Source: Phycisphaerae bacterium
Lineage (GTDB): Bacteria; Planctomycetota; Phycisphaerae; UBA1845; Fen-1342
DNA: 64,000 nucleotides
NCBI GenBank assembly: GCA_963675745.2
Contig: CAXXWX010000005.1
Span: 1-64,000 of the forward strand
Reading direction: 5' to 3'
Every line of letters starts with the position of its first letter. The first letter of the stretch is position 1. Below the pieces are notes generated by a model. The model was given only the letters and a program-made list of their open reading frames with translations. It was not told the DNA's origin and did not search any database. The translations under genes and the position numbers were made by a program. This document shows positions 27,678 through 37,491 of the stretch, piece by piece.

Positions 27678-28853
27678 TCAGCCCGACCAGCCGGCAATCC
27701 GCGCCATCATCCACCAGAAGGCCTGCCCCTTGCGGTAGCAATTGAAGCACACCGAATGCTGGCAGTCCTCGTCGTCGACGCAGCCGTGATTTTCGCAGCC
27801 GTGTGTCGCACACCACGTCTCACACCATTCGCACCAATCGCTGGCGTCCGGGTAGTAAGTGCCGTCCGGGTCATAGCTCTCGATGTCCGCGAAGTCGAAC
27901 AGGATCTTGCCGTGGGCCGTGCAGTAGTCGCGAATCTGGTTGTTTCGCGCGCGCAGATTGCCACCCTCGCCGCTGCCGTCCAGGTGCCCGGTCATGTAGA
28001 CAAACGTGACGCCGGCGTAGTCCTGTTCCAATTGCTCCATCGCACCCAGGTAGGCGTTGATTCCCGCGGCGGTGTTATCGCTGACCCCGCCACACCATGA
28101 CCACATGACCACGTTGATGCCATGCTGGGGCTCACTCAAGCGCTCGCGCGTGATATCCACCCAACCCAGATCCCCTTCGTGCCCCAGGTCGACGCCGCCG
28201 TCTTCTTCGATAAACCCACCCGCCCCCAGCGCGTACGCGAATCTACCGTCACCAGACGCCAGCATATCCATGCCGGCCAGAATCTGGCTTCCATGAGATG
28301 TGTGGCCGTAGAAAATCCGAAAGTTGGCTCTGGCGGAGTCGATGAAGGTCGCCGGAATGCTCGCGAAAGCGGCGGTCGCGTCGTGATCGGCCACGAAGCC
28401 CGCGTCACCGGTCGCGGGCGTTGCATCATCAGATGGCGTTTCATCGTCGTTCGGCGGTGTGGACTCTCCATCGTCACCGGTCGCGGGTGTTGCTCCATCG
28501 TCTGGCGTCTCGCCGTCGCCCGAGGGTGTTGGCTCTCCATCGTCACCGGTCGCGGGCGTTGCGTCATCAGATGGCGTTTCATCGTCACCAGGCGGAGTGG
28601 ACTCTCCATCGCCACCGGCCGCGGGCGACGCTCCATCATTGGGTGTGCCATCGTCATCCGGGGGGGCCGACGCTCCACCGTCAGTTGCCGCAGCTCCATC
28701 GGCAGTGGATGCGGGTTCGGCGCCACCGGGTGTCAAAGTGTCGCCCGCCGTGTTCGGCGCCGGTTCGGACGAGCCCGGCCAGCATCCGAGCACGGCAACC
28801 AGTGCACACGCAACCACAACCAGGACAGACGCTGTTGCTCTATTGCCAGGCAT
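27678..28853 (-). CDS. Lipoprotein with an acidic 23-aa tandem-repeat linker and a conserved C-terminal domain
   Basis: GGAGG RBS, VLGC lipobox; YGHTSHGSQ, VMWSWCG, LFDFADIES. Confidence 0.75.
   Translation of the reverse strand: MPGNRATASVLVVVACALVAVLGCWPGSSEPAPNTAGDTLTPGGAEPASTADGAAATDGGASAPPDDDGTPNDGASPAAGGDGESTPPGDDETPSDDATPATGDDGEPTPSGDGETPDDGATPATGDDGESTPPNDDETPSDDATPATGDAGFVADHDATAAFASIPATFIDSARANFRIFYGHTSHGSQILAGMDMLASGDGRFAYALGAGGFIEEDGGVDLGHEGDLGWVDITRERLSEPQHGINVVMWSWCGGVSDNTAAGINAYLGAMEQLEQDYAGVTFVYMTGHLDGSGEGGNLRARNNQIRDYCTAHGKILFDFADIESYDPDGTYYPDASDWCEWCETWCATHGCENHGCVDDEDCQHSVCFNCYRKGQAFWWMMARIAGWSG
28405..28660. repeat. 69-bp coding tandem repeat (about 3.5 units)
   Basis: TCACCGGTCGCGGG at 28405, 28474 and 28543. 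Confidence 0.85.
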
Positions 28854-29170
28854 GGTGAATACCTCCATCCGTGAGCTGGCTCGGCTCGGCGGATGCCCCG
28901 CGTGGCAGTGGTCCGGGTACGCCCCGAATGGCCCCCGCGCTTCGCTTCTATGCCGAACCCGCGCAGTCTAGCACACCATCCAAGACATGCGAACGCCATG
29001 CCCGCAGCACATGCCGTATCGCGGAATGGTTGCCGCGGGCCTCCTGCCGGCTGGATCATCCGGTGGCCGAATACGTGGTCTTGACTGGTGCTCCCGTCGC
29101 GGGCGGGTTAGCATACTCGTGTGGGGGTCAGCAGTAGGTGTTTTGCGCAAATTCGCAAGGAGTATCGAAA

Positions 29171-30286
29171 ATGAACCGTTACAGGGTCGTCTGCCTCGTT
29201 GCTCTCTCCACCATCTTGGCCGCCTCAGCCGCGGCCGCCGCCCGAGACCGCATAATCCTGCCGCAGTCACAGTTGCCGACTGTCAAAGCCCCGAAGTCAG
29301 TCGCGCAAGACGGCGACGTGATTCACGTCCGCGTGCTCGCCATCGAGTTCAACCCCGTTATTCCAGCCGCCATACACGCTCCTGATGACACCGACGCCAA
29401 GCCGATCACCGTGCGCGAACTCGGGCACTGGAACGACCCGCTTAAGCTCGCCGCCGGATACATGCAGGACCTCTGTGATGCGAGCGGCGGCATTCTCCAG
29501 TACGAGATTGTCGAATGGATCGTCGCGCGCGAGTTTCAGAAGAAGACAGACGGTTTCGTCTACTCGCCACAGCAGTATGTCGACTGCTTCCATAAGCGCG
29601 AGAAGTGGCACCAGCCCGACGGCATCGACTATCCCCACTTCGTGGCCGACTTCGGCATTGTGCCGCGCGTCGTAGCCGGCGAGATTGACGAGGTTTGGAT
29701 GTTCGGAGCCCCCTACTTCGGCTACTACGAGTCCGCCATGGCCGGCAAGAACGCGTTTTACATCAACGGCGGCGTCTTCGGCGCTGACCAGGTCAAGTGC
29801 AAACGCGCCTTCGCCATCATGGGCTTCAATTACGAGCGTGGCGTCGCCGAGATGCTGCACGATCTCTGTCACCGAACCGAGAGCACCATGAGCCGCGTGT
29901 ATGGCGGATGGAAAGCGGACGAGCTGGTATCCAACTGGGCACGCTTCGCCGCCAACCACGACCAATCCAACGGCGTTGCGGCCGTGGGGACGTGCCACTG
30001 GCCGCCTAACGGGCAGAAGGATTACGATTACGCCAACCCGCGCAAGGTTGCCAGCAGTGCCGACGATTGGCTGAGCTACCCGAAACTGACCGGCCAGACG
30101 CGCGAAGTTTCCTGCGAAACATGGGGCGGCCCCGATTACCACCGCAATTACATGAAGTGGTGGTTCTCGCACGTGCCCAAGGCCGCCGGCAAAAATCAGG
30201 ATGGCCGATTGAACAAGTGGTGGCAGTACATCTTCAAGTTCAACGATTACGACGAGCGCGGCCGGCCGATTAAGATGGGCAAGTAG
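29171..30286 (+). CDS. Secreted hypothetical protein, possibly metal-binding
   Basis: AAGGAG RBS, signal peptide, genome-like codon use; EMLHDLCHRTE, GTCHWPPN. Confidence 0.75.
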   Translation: MNRYRVVCLVALSTILAASAAAAARDRIILPQSQLPTVKAPKSVAQDGDVIHVRVLAIEFNPVIPAAIHAPDDTDAKPITVRELGHWNDPLKLAAGYMQDLCDASGGILQYEIVEWIVAREFQKKTDGFVYSPQQYVDCFHKREKWHQPDGIDYPHFVADFGIVPRVVAGEIDEVWMFGAPYFGYYESAMAGKNAFYINGGVFGADQVKCKRAFAIMGFNYERGVAEMLHDLCHRTESTMSRVYGGWKADELVSNWARFAANHDQSNGVAAVGTCHWPPNGQKDYDYANPRKVASSADDWLSYPKLTGQTREVSCETWGGPDYHRNYMKWWFSHVPKAAGKNQDGRLNKWWQYIFKFNDYDERGRPIKMGK

Positions 30287-30644
30287 GAAGTCGCAATCAT
30301 CGGTTACTGGGATTGCCGGCACGACAAAGGCGACGACCGGCGACTCGCGGGCCGTGGAAGCCATGACGCTCAGCGCCACTTCCACGACCGACGAGGCGCC
30401 GGTCGCGTGCAAAACTCACCCTTCGCATTCGCCACGGCGGCACTTGACCGCGCCAAAAAACGCGACGCGAGGTTCGCGACTCGCACGCCCCCCAGCAGTT
30501 TCGGTGTTGTCGCTCGGCCCGGCACGGTCACCTGTCCACCGCGAGACACTACCTCCGACCGTGCCCTCACCTCGCGTGGCGCCGTAAAATAAACATAGCC
30601 GCGTTATCGCCCTCAGGCAAAGCGAATCTGGCTGGGCGAGACTG

Positions 30645-30659
30645 TTGACAGGCTGTCAA
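30645..30659. promoter_or_regulatory. Palindrome TTGACA-GGC-TGTCAA, candidate operator/-35 element upstream of surE
   Basis: Perfect 6-3-6 inverted repeat in an AT-enriched intergenic patch. Confidence 0.35.
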
Positions 30660-30792
30660 TATTCATGCGGCGGGTGACACGCGACACTAAGCGCTGGCGG
30701 CAGCGGCATTACCAACATGCCGTCGCGCAAGCGCGGGCTCTCAAAAAAAGCTGCTATTCACACCTTATGCACCGGCGATCCAGCGCGCGCCA

Positions 30793-30829
30793 CCCTCAAT
30801 CCCTGAATCCCTGAATCCCTGAATCCCTC
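30793..30829. repeat. Octamer tandem repeat (AATCCCTG)x4
   Basis: Read directly; ends about 30 bp before the surE start. Confidence 0.85.
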
Positions 30830-30858
30830 ATTCCCGAAACCCCCGCTATACTCCCCAC

Positions 30859-31626
30859 ATGCGAATTCTACTGGTCAACGACGACGGCATTCTCGCGCCC
30901 GGGCTCGCGGCTCTCTATACGGCGGTGGAGCAATTCGGGCACGTGGACGTGGTGGCTCCCGAAACAACCCAGTCGGCCATGGGGCACGCCATCACGGTCC
31001 GAGCGCCCATGACGGTCAGCCGTGTACACGTCAACAACATCTTCCACGGCTGGAGCGTTGATGGCAGCCCGGCCGACTGCGTCAAGCTTGCGATGATCGA
31101 GTTGCTCGACCGGCGGCCGGATCTCGTGCTCAGCGGCATAAACGCGGGCGCCAACACCGGCGTCAACGTGCTATACAGCGGCACGGTCGCCGGCGCGATC
31201 GAAGGCGCGTTTTTCGGCGTGCCATCGGTTGCCATCTCGCTTCAGGTTTCCGATGAGCTCGATTTCACCGCCGCCGGGCGCATCGCCGGGCAACTGGTTG
31301 AGCGCATTATTGCGAGCGCCCCCGAGCCGGGGATGTGTTTGAACATAAACATCCCGGCCTTGGATCGCGGCATGCCGCGCGGCGTTCGTTGCTGCCCCCA
31401 GGCGATTGTGCCCATGGAGGAGCACTATCGTAAGCAGCAAGGCGCCGACGGCCAGCGAGTCTTCTGGCTCGACGGAAGATTCCCAGACCCCGCCCAGTGT
31501 CCTGACAGCGACCATGCGGCCCTGCACGAGCGTTTGGTCACCGTCACGCCGTTGCGATTCGACCTGACGGATCACGGCGCGCTGGAACACGTGGCGCAGA
31601 CCAACTGGCCGTCAAAGTTCGACTAG
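30859..31626 (+). CDS. surE: 5'/3'-nucleotidase SurE
   Basis: MRILLVNDDG, GSPADCV, SGINAGAN.G..VLYSGTV. Confidence 0.97.
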   Translation: MRILLVNDDGILAPGLAALYTAVEQFGHVDVVAPETTQSAMGHAITVRAPMTVSRVHVNNIFHGWSVDGSPADCVKLAMIELLDRRPDLVLSGINAGANTGVNVLYSGTVAGAIEGAFFGVPSVAISLQVSDELDFTAAGRIAGQLVERIIASAPEPGMCLNINIPALDRGMPRGVRCCPQAIVPMEEHYRKQQGADGQRVFWLDGRFPDPAQCPDSDHAALHERLVTVTPLRFDLTDHGALEHVAQTNWPSKFD

Positions 31627-31650
31627 GGTGTTTTCGGAAGCGCTCTGGCG

Positions 31651-31719
31651 TGCCACTGCTCTTGAGCAGTGCGGATTCGACGCCTGACGACTACGGCCTG
31701 CGAGGCGCAGGCCGCTACA
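31651..31719. repeat. Cluster of two REP-like units between surE and rpmA
   Basis: 31651-31672 matches the 12847-12908 family; 31693-31719 matches 16369-16395. Confidence 0.7.
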
Positions 31720-31756
31720 CTGCCATGCGCGTGAGACGGCGGTGTTGGCAACTGCT

Positions 31757-32014
31757 CTAGTTGACGCCCGCGTCAGCGTCAGCGTCGACGAACACCTTGC
31801 GGCCGCGAAAACGCACCGTTCCATCGATCAGTGAGAAGAGCGTATCGTCCTTCGCACGCGCAACGTTATGGCCCGGCAAGAATGGCGTGCCGCACTGCCT
31901 GATGATTATCGAGCCCACCTTGGCCCGCTCCCCGGCATAGAGCTTCACACCACGGTACTGCGCATTGCTGTCGCGGCCGTTGCGTGTTGAACCTTGTCCC
32001 TTCTTATGCGCCAT
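31757..32014 (-). CDS. rpmA: 50S ribosomal protein L27
   Basis: [16 protein letters not shown]. Confidence 0.98.
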   Translation of the reverse strand: MAHKKGQGSTRNGRDSNAQYRGVKLYAGERAKVGSIIIRQCGTPFLPGHNVARAKDDTLFSLIDGTVRFRGRKVFVDADADAGVN

Positions 32015-32139
32015 GGCGTTAAGCTACCTTTCCGTCGAAGTTACTCGCACGATTCAGAGCCCTATAGGATAGTGACGGGATGCCCTTTTGGCAAGCACAC
32101 ACCGGGCGTGTTATCGGACAGTGACGCGGGGGAACGCAA

Positions 32140-32835
32140 TCAGCGCATGATCCAACGGCGGGTCAGGAACACCGGCTTTACCGACCCACGGGCACGCTCT
32201 GACCCGGGAAGCGCATAACACAGTTCCAGCGTCTTACGCAACGTGAAGTGCTGCGGGTTGACATCAATTTCACGCCCGCGACCGTCTTTGCCGACCACCG
32301 TGGCTGTCTGCGGACGATCCGGGTCATACTCAGGATTGGCGATGAACCGCGTCTCGCCGCTCAGGCCGGCCACGAAAACCGTGAAGCTGTTGACGTTCAG
32401 CTCACCGGCCCGCCAGATCGCAACTGACTGGCGCGCATGGTCGTCGCCGGTTTTCAGATCGCCGATTACCTTCGTCGGGTGCATCAGGTAGCGGTGTGTC
32501 AGTCTGTGGCGTTCCTTGATCGCCTGAAACACCAGCGGACTGATACCCATATCCGTGTCGATCACCCGCAGATCTTCAGTCACAAGCTGAAACAACGGGA
32601 AAAACGGCTGCGTGCGATGGCCGGGGTTCGTCACGGTGTAGACCATATACCAATACACAGTGGGGCTGGTGTGCCCGGGAAGCTGCACGGCGATCCGCTG
32701 CGGATGCGTGAACTCGAACTCGAATTCCCAGGCAACTGGTGTCGGCGACGGTTCAGGACCACTGCCTACGCGCGCGTCATCCGCCGTCGGTGCCGCCGTC
32801 GTGGAAAAGAGCACAGCCAGAACCAATGAGAACAT
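32140..32835 (-). CDS. Secreted hypothetical protein
   Basis: AGGAG RBS, signal peptide, YWYMVYTVTN. Confidence 0.7.
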   Translation of the reverse strand: MFSLVLAVLFSTTAAPTADDARVGSGPEPSPTPVAWEFEFEFTHPQRIAVQLPGHTSPTVYWYMVYTVTNPGHRTQPFFPLFQLVTEDLRVIDTDMGISPLVFQAIKERHRLTHRYLMHPTKVIGDLKTGDDHARQSVAIWRAGELNVNSFTVFVAGLSGETRFIANPEYDPDRPQTATVVGKDGRGREIDVNPQHFTLRKTLELCYALPGSERARGSVKPVFLTRRWIMR

Positions 32836-32844
32836 CTGTCGCTC

Positions 32845-35301
32845 CTAGCCGCCGTACGTGTTGCGGATGATCTGACTGGCCGGGTTCCCAGGCAGATTGA
32901 GCGCCCCGAGCGCCTGCGAGGCCGCCGTCCGGATCACCATATTCTCATCGCTTTCGGCGATCTTGATCAGCGCGTCCACGTGCGCCGGATCGAGCAACGC
33001 GCCGTTTCGCTTCGCCGCCTCGGCCAAGGCGCCGAACATGGCGACACGCATCGGTTCGGCCGTTTCCGTATCGAGGGCGATCAAGGCAACGGCATTCTGA
33101 GCACCGCCTGAGTGAATGTGCGCCAGTACGTTCGCGACCGCGATGCGCAGCTCGTCATCTTCGGTGGACAGCGCATTCAACAGCGCGACTTCCAACTCCG
33201 CCGGCGAGAACAGGGGGTTGTTGCCAGCCGCGAACAGCCGCAGAACTTCGACCGCCTCCTTGGCCAGCGCCACACCGCGATCGGCCGTGATCGACTCCGC
33301 GCCGACCGCGCCGGACACTTGCGCCACGACCTCGTTGATCTCCTCGGCTTCGTCGCCAGGATGAGTCTCACCCAGCCGATGATCAGCGCGTACCAGATCG
33401 CGCACGCGCCCCTGTTGGGCCTCCTTGGTGATGATCACCACCGGCGTCGCAGCGAAGCGGAATTCACCACGCAGAGACTCGAGTGCCCCGGCCAGGTCGG
33501 GATTCGACACATCTGACGCCAGGAAAATGACGTCGATGCCCGGCGTCTGTTCACGGGCCTGCTGCAAACCGGACAGCAGCTCGTTTGTGACGATCACCGC
33601 GTAACCCTCGTCGCGCAACGCCCCCGCAATCACATTCGCTGAACCGCTGTCCGGGTCCACGATCAGGGCGTCGCGCATGCCCGCGTGCAGGTTCAGCGTT
33701 TCTCCCAACACCGGCATCAGGTTCTGGTAGTCCTTGAATATCTCCGCCGGCTGAGCGAAACCCAACGCCAGCGCCGCCTGAATGCGTACCATTCGGTTGG
33801 GGAACGACAGTGCCTGAGCCAACGGTGGTGCGGCGTGTTCGCCGCTGAACAGGCTCGCCGGTCCGGCCGTCTTGCGCAGGGCCGCAATTGCGCCGAGTGC
33901 CACTGCGGGGTCGCCGTCCTTCAGCGCACGCGCCAAGGCGCGCTGGCAATACTCAGCGCCGGCGGACTGGGCGAAGTAGACTCCCGTGGGGAACACATCA
34001 GGGCGTGTGTTGTCGGTCCGGTCACCCAGTTGTGCTTCGCGCCGCAAATTAGCCGCCAGCCAGAGCGACAGGGCCTCTGTATGGTCCGGATTGAGCAGCA
34101 GTGCCTTTTCGCACAGCCGCATGGCCATCACTTCGTTGAAGATATCCGTCGGCACTTCGACATTCTGGAGAATGTCGTCACGCCAATACCACACGTTGGC
34201 CCACTCCAACAGCGGGTCGGCGGCCACCGTGCGATGGTCGTCGTAGTACATTTCCGCCAGACCCAGCATCGCATCGGCGGCGTCCTTGACCGCGTCACCC
34301 TGGGTACCGCTCACCGCGAGCTCGTCAAGCGCTGCGCGCGCCGCGGTGCGCACCTGGGGGGCGGTCTCATCCTCGGCAAGCAGTTGCAGCAAATACGGTG
34401 CCGCCTGAATGTAGCCGATTTGCCCCAGAGCCTTGATGATGTACAGCTTGACCGTGTCATCATCCAGCTCGAGCGCCGCCACCAGCGGATTCAACGCCGG
34501 GCGATCAATCTGCGGCAGGCAGCGCAAGATCGGCAAAAGCAACTCCTGCCGATCCGGGTCACGCAGGGCTTCAATCAAAAACGGTGGGGCGTACTCACCA
34601 GAGTCCTTCAGCAGGGCAACGCCGTTCTCGAAGGCGCGCGGCGGCCCGCCGAGGCGCTCGATATTGCGTTTGATGCGCACCGGGTCGGATTTGACAATGC
34701 GCTCCCCCTCGCGCAGTGCCGCCAGCACGTTGCGCACCGGTTCGCCCATGACGGGATGACCGGCGAGCTGCACCAGGATGGCGTGTCGCCGCGGCAGGCG
34801 ATCGGCGAATTCCAGCAATGCGACCGGATCAACCTCGCTTTTGAACAGCTCGCGGAAGTTCGCGGCCGCAACATCGAACCGTCCGATTGACGCGAAGTAC
34901 CAGCCGTCGTCGGCCTGGTTCATCTGTTCGCGCCCGGCGCGCAGCAACTCGACGACCCGGCCCGCGTTTTCACCCAGCTCTTCCTGGTCGTAATCCTGTT
35001 CGAGCAGCAGCACCGCCCCACCGCTTGCCGCGCGCTGAGTGGTGTGTTCTTCGAGCAGCGCCATGCGCAGTGGCGAAGGATCCGTCTCCAGGAGTTCGCC
35101 AAATGCGGCTTCAACAGGTTCCTGGTCCTGGGCCAGCACTGCCTTGAGCGCGGCTTGCCAGCGCTCCCACGCCTGAGCCGCACGCCCGGTCACGAATTCG
35201 TCGGTCTGCGTCTGGGCCACTGCCGGAGTGGCTGCCATCGCGATTGCCGATATGACCAGGACTGAGCTCAGGGGACGAACGACGCGCGTCAAAACACCCA
35301 T
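32845..35301 (-). CDS. Secreted HEAT-repeat protein with a degenerate receiver-like domain
   Basis: GGAGGT RBS before ATG 35301; HEAT-like repeats (IIKALGQIGY, VRIQAALAL); ALIVDPD..IDVIFL..TPVVIIT. Confidence 0.75.
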   Translation of the reverse strand: MGVLTRVVRPLSSVLVISAIAMAATPAVAQTQTDEFVTGRAAQAWERWQAALKAVLAQDQEPVEAAFGELLETDPSPLRMALLEEHTTQRAASGGAVLLLEQDYDQEELGENAGRVVELLRAGREQMNQADDGWYFASIGRFDVAAANFRELFKSEVDPVALLEFADRLPRRHAILVQLAGHPVMGEPVRNVLAALREGERIVKSDPVRIKRNIERLGGPPRAFENGVALLKDSGEYAPPFLIEALRDPDRQELLLPILRCLPQIDRPALNPLVAALELDDDTVKLYIIKALGQIGYIQAAPYLLQLLAEDETAPQVRTAARAALDELAVSGTQGDAVKDAADAMLGLAEMYYDDHRTVAADPLLEWANVWYWRDDILQNVEVPTDIFNEVMAMRLCEKALLLNPDHTEALSLWLAANLRREAQLGDRTDNTRPDVFPTGVYFAQSAGAEYCQRALARALKDGDPAVALGAIAALRKTAGPASLFSGEHAAPPLAQALSFPNRMVRIQAALALGFAQPAEIFKDYQNLMPVLGETLNLHAGMRDALIVDPDSGSANVIAGALRDEGYAVIVTNELLSGLQQAREQTPGIDVIFLASDVSNPDLAGALESLRGEFRFAATPVVIITKEAQQGRVRDLVRADHRLGETHPGDEAEEINEVVAQVSGAVGAESITADRGVALAKEAVEVLRLFAAGNNPLFSPAELEVALLNALSTEDDELRIAVANVLAHIHSGGAQNAVALIALDTETAEPMRVAMFGALAEAAKRNGALLDPAHVDALIKIAESDENMVIRTAASQALGALNLPGNPASQIIRNTYGG

Positions 35302-35522
35302 TAGCCACCTCCACGCGGCGCTGTGGTTGGGAGGGCAACGCGCCGCCGAGTGCATGCTGATAACCGTTGCGGATTATAAATCGGGGGCCGACCCTGTCAA
35401 ACCGACCCGGCGCCGTGGTACGCCCTGGAGTCTCACGGTATGGGGACCCGTTTGGCCAGTGGCATGCCGTCCCGGGCACACGGCTGGCGCTGACCAGCGG
35501 TGTGCCCGGCGGCATGCGCTTG

Positions 35523-36578
35523 TCAGATCGGCTGGTAGTTTATCCAATCCCGCACGAGGAACTCGAAACGTCCCACGAGCAGCGCGATACGGCCCATGAC
35601 CGTGAAACCGAAGCCGGCGCCGAACGTGACCATCAATACCCAGACGCCTATGCGCGAGATCCTCCCGACCACCCCTTTGTGCTCCAGTGAGAAGAAGAAA
35701 TACACCAGTGTCGCGAAGAGCCCGAGCAGCAACACGACGTTCTTCAGCGAGAAGTAAAACGCCAATCCGAAATCATAGGGTTGCCCGGCATCAATGCCAT
35801 CCCGCGTGACGACCAAGGGTGCGGTCGCGGCGCTAATCTGCGCTACAAAGTCCGCCTGGAGGTACGCCACCATGCGGAGGCCGGCGGTGCCACCGATCAC
35901 GAACGCCAGCGGCCAGCGCGAGATCCACTGCCCCGACGGGGCCAGCCGCCAAAGCAGCATGACACCCAGCACCATTGGAATCCAATACCACCAGTTCATC
36001 AGCAGATACCACGGGGCATTGAGTCCCTGACCCACCGCCGCGCCGTAGTCCACTATTCCCCACTGGCTCAACCAGTTTTCCGCCGCCAGCTTCTCGACCC
36101 ACTCATCGAGTGGATGTCCGGGGGCGAGGTTGAATTTCACGAATCGCGGGAACAAGCGCCCGATGCCGATCGGCACCGCCATGTTCCAGAAGGTGACGAC
36201 CATCCAGTACGCCGCCGACGCCCCGACAAAGATACTCTCGGCCAGGCGGTAGAAGGGACTGTCCTTGTACAGGAAGGAGAGGATGCACAGCGTGAAGAAC
36301 GCCGCCAGCCAGACGCCGATCGTGCGGACCGGGCTGAACTGGACGTTCTTCTCCAGCTCGGCAAGCTGCGTCTGCCTGTCGGCGTCAGTGAGCGACTCAT
36401 CGTGCATGATCTGTGTACGCCGCTGCTCCAGGTCGCCGGTCGTAACGGTGGTGCGCTTGATGGTCTTGCCCTCACCGATGACCTCGTACTGGCCAGTGCC
36501 CATGCCGCCCAACAGGGCCCTGACCAGGATCAGGATCACACCGGCTGCGATAATGAAAACGCCGATCTTGCGTCCCAT
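35523..36578 (-). CDS. Uncharacterised multi-pass membrane protein (gene 4 of cluster)
   Basis: TLCILSFLYKDSPFYRLAESIFVG, LMVTFGAGFG.TVMGRIALL. Confidence 0.85.
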   Translation of the reverse strand: MGRKIGVFIIAAGVILILVRALLGGMGTGQYEVIGEGKTIKRTTVTTGDLEQRRTQIMHDESLTDADRQTQLAELEKNVQFSPVRTIGVWLAAFFTLCILSFLYKDSPFYRLAESIFVGASAAYWMVVTFWNMAVPIGIGRLFPRFVKFNLAPGHPLDEWVEKLAAENWLSQWGIVDYGAAVGQGLNAPWYLLMNWWYWIPMVLGVMLLWRLAPSGQWISRWPLAFVIGGTAGLRMVAYLQADFVAQISAATAPLVVTRDGIDAGQPYDFGLAFYFSLKNVVLLLGLFATLVYFFFSLEHKGVVGRISRIGVWVLMVTFGAGFGFTVMGRIALLVGRFEFLVRDWINYQPI

Positions 36579-36579
36579 G

Positions 36580-37488
36580 TTATTGAACCTCGCGTGCGCT
36601 GCGTTGCATGGCCAGGATGATGTTGCCGACAATGATCAGCACGAGAATCAGGCAGTGGGCGATGAGCTGTGGGCCCATGCGATTTATGCCCTGCGTGAAC
36701 TCGATGCGCGGCTTGAGCTTGTCCGCCGCCGTCGTGCTGTACGTCGGCCCGTACGTGTACTCGGGGTACTTCTTGCCGAGAAGAAACTCGTATTCGGCGG
36801 CACTTTTGATCGCCCCCAAAAGGCCTTTCATCTGTCCCGGGTAGTACGGATATAGCAGCGGAGCCTGCACTCCCGTGCAACCGCCGATCACGTCGATGTT
36901 GTAGGGCGTGCCGGCGTATTGGACCCACTCCTTGGTGCCGGGGTAGCCGGCGCTGACGCTGATGATCAGGTCCATGTCCTGGACGCTGGTGATCTTCTTC
37001 GTCATGGGGATATCGTTGAGGCTCTTGCCGCGCCGGTCGGTGTTGAAGAGGTTCTTCAGGTTCGTGACGATGACCTTGATGACCCCTTCGTTTCCGGTGC
37101 GGAACGTGAGATTGACGTAATCTTCGCCCTCAACCAGGTCGGGGAAATCCTTGTGAAGCACCTGGCTGACGGTGTCCTGCACCATGTTCACCCCCAGCGG
37201 CCACAGCGCCATGAAGTACATCTTGTGGCCCTTCTGGGCACAGTGCCAGGTGAACGATGTGGCCATCGGCTGCAACTCCGGGGCGCTGCCCGGGTCATAG
37301 TCGAAAGCCAGCAGAATCTTCGATCCCGATGGAAGCTCTTCCACCGCATCAAAGGCATCCTGCACCAGCAGCGATGGAATCTGCCATGACTGCATCGGGA
37401 ACAGCACCGGGATGATGACGGCGATTCCCATCAGCAGGAAAACCCAGCGGCGATCCAGGCTAATCAGGTGTTGAACCAACGAGGCCAC
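36580..37488 (-). CDS. Uncharacterised membrane-anchored protein (gene 3 of cluster)
   Basis: LDRRWVFL TM, FDYDPGSAPELQPM, GLLGAIKSAAEYE, C-terminal TM. Confidence 0.85.
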   Translation of the reverse strand: MASLVQHLISLDRRWVFLLMGIAVIIPVLFPMQSWQIPSLLVQDAFDAVEELPSGSKILLAFDYDPGSAPELQPMATSFTWHCAQKGHKMYFMALWPLGVNMVQDTVSQVLHKDFPDLVEGEDYVNLTFRTGNEGVIKVIVTNLKNLFNTDRRGKSLNDIPMTKKITSVQDMDLIISVSAGYPGTKEWVQYAGTPYNIDVIGGCTGVQAPLLYPYYPGQMKGLLGAIKSAAEYEFLLGKKYPEYTYGPTYSTTAADKLKPRIEFTQGINRMGPQLIAHCLILVLIIVGNIILAMQRSAREVQ

Positions 37489-37491
37489 GGC

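Noticed and set aside
28405..28660. Possible CRISPR array
   Set aside because: The 69-bp units are contiguous, in-frame coding repeats without unique spacers; no cas genes
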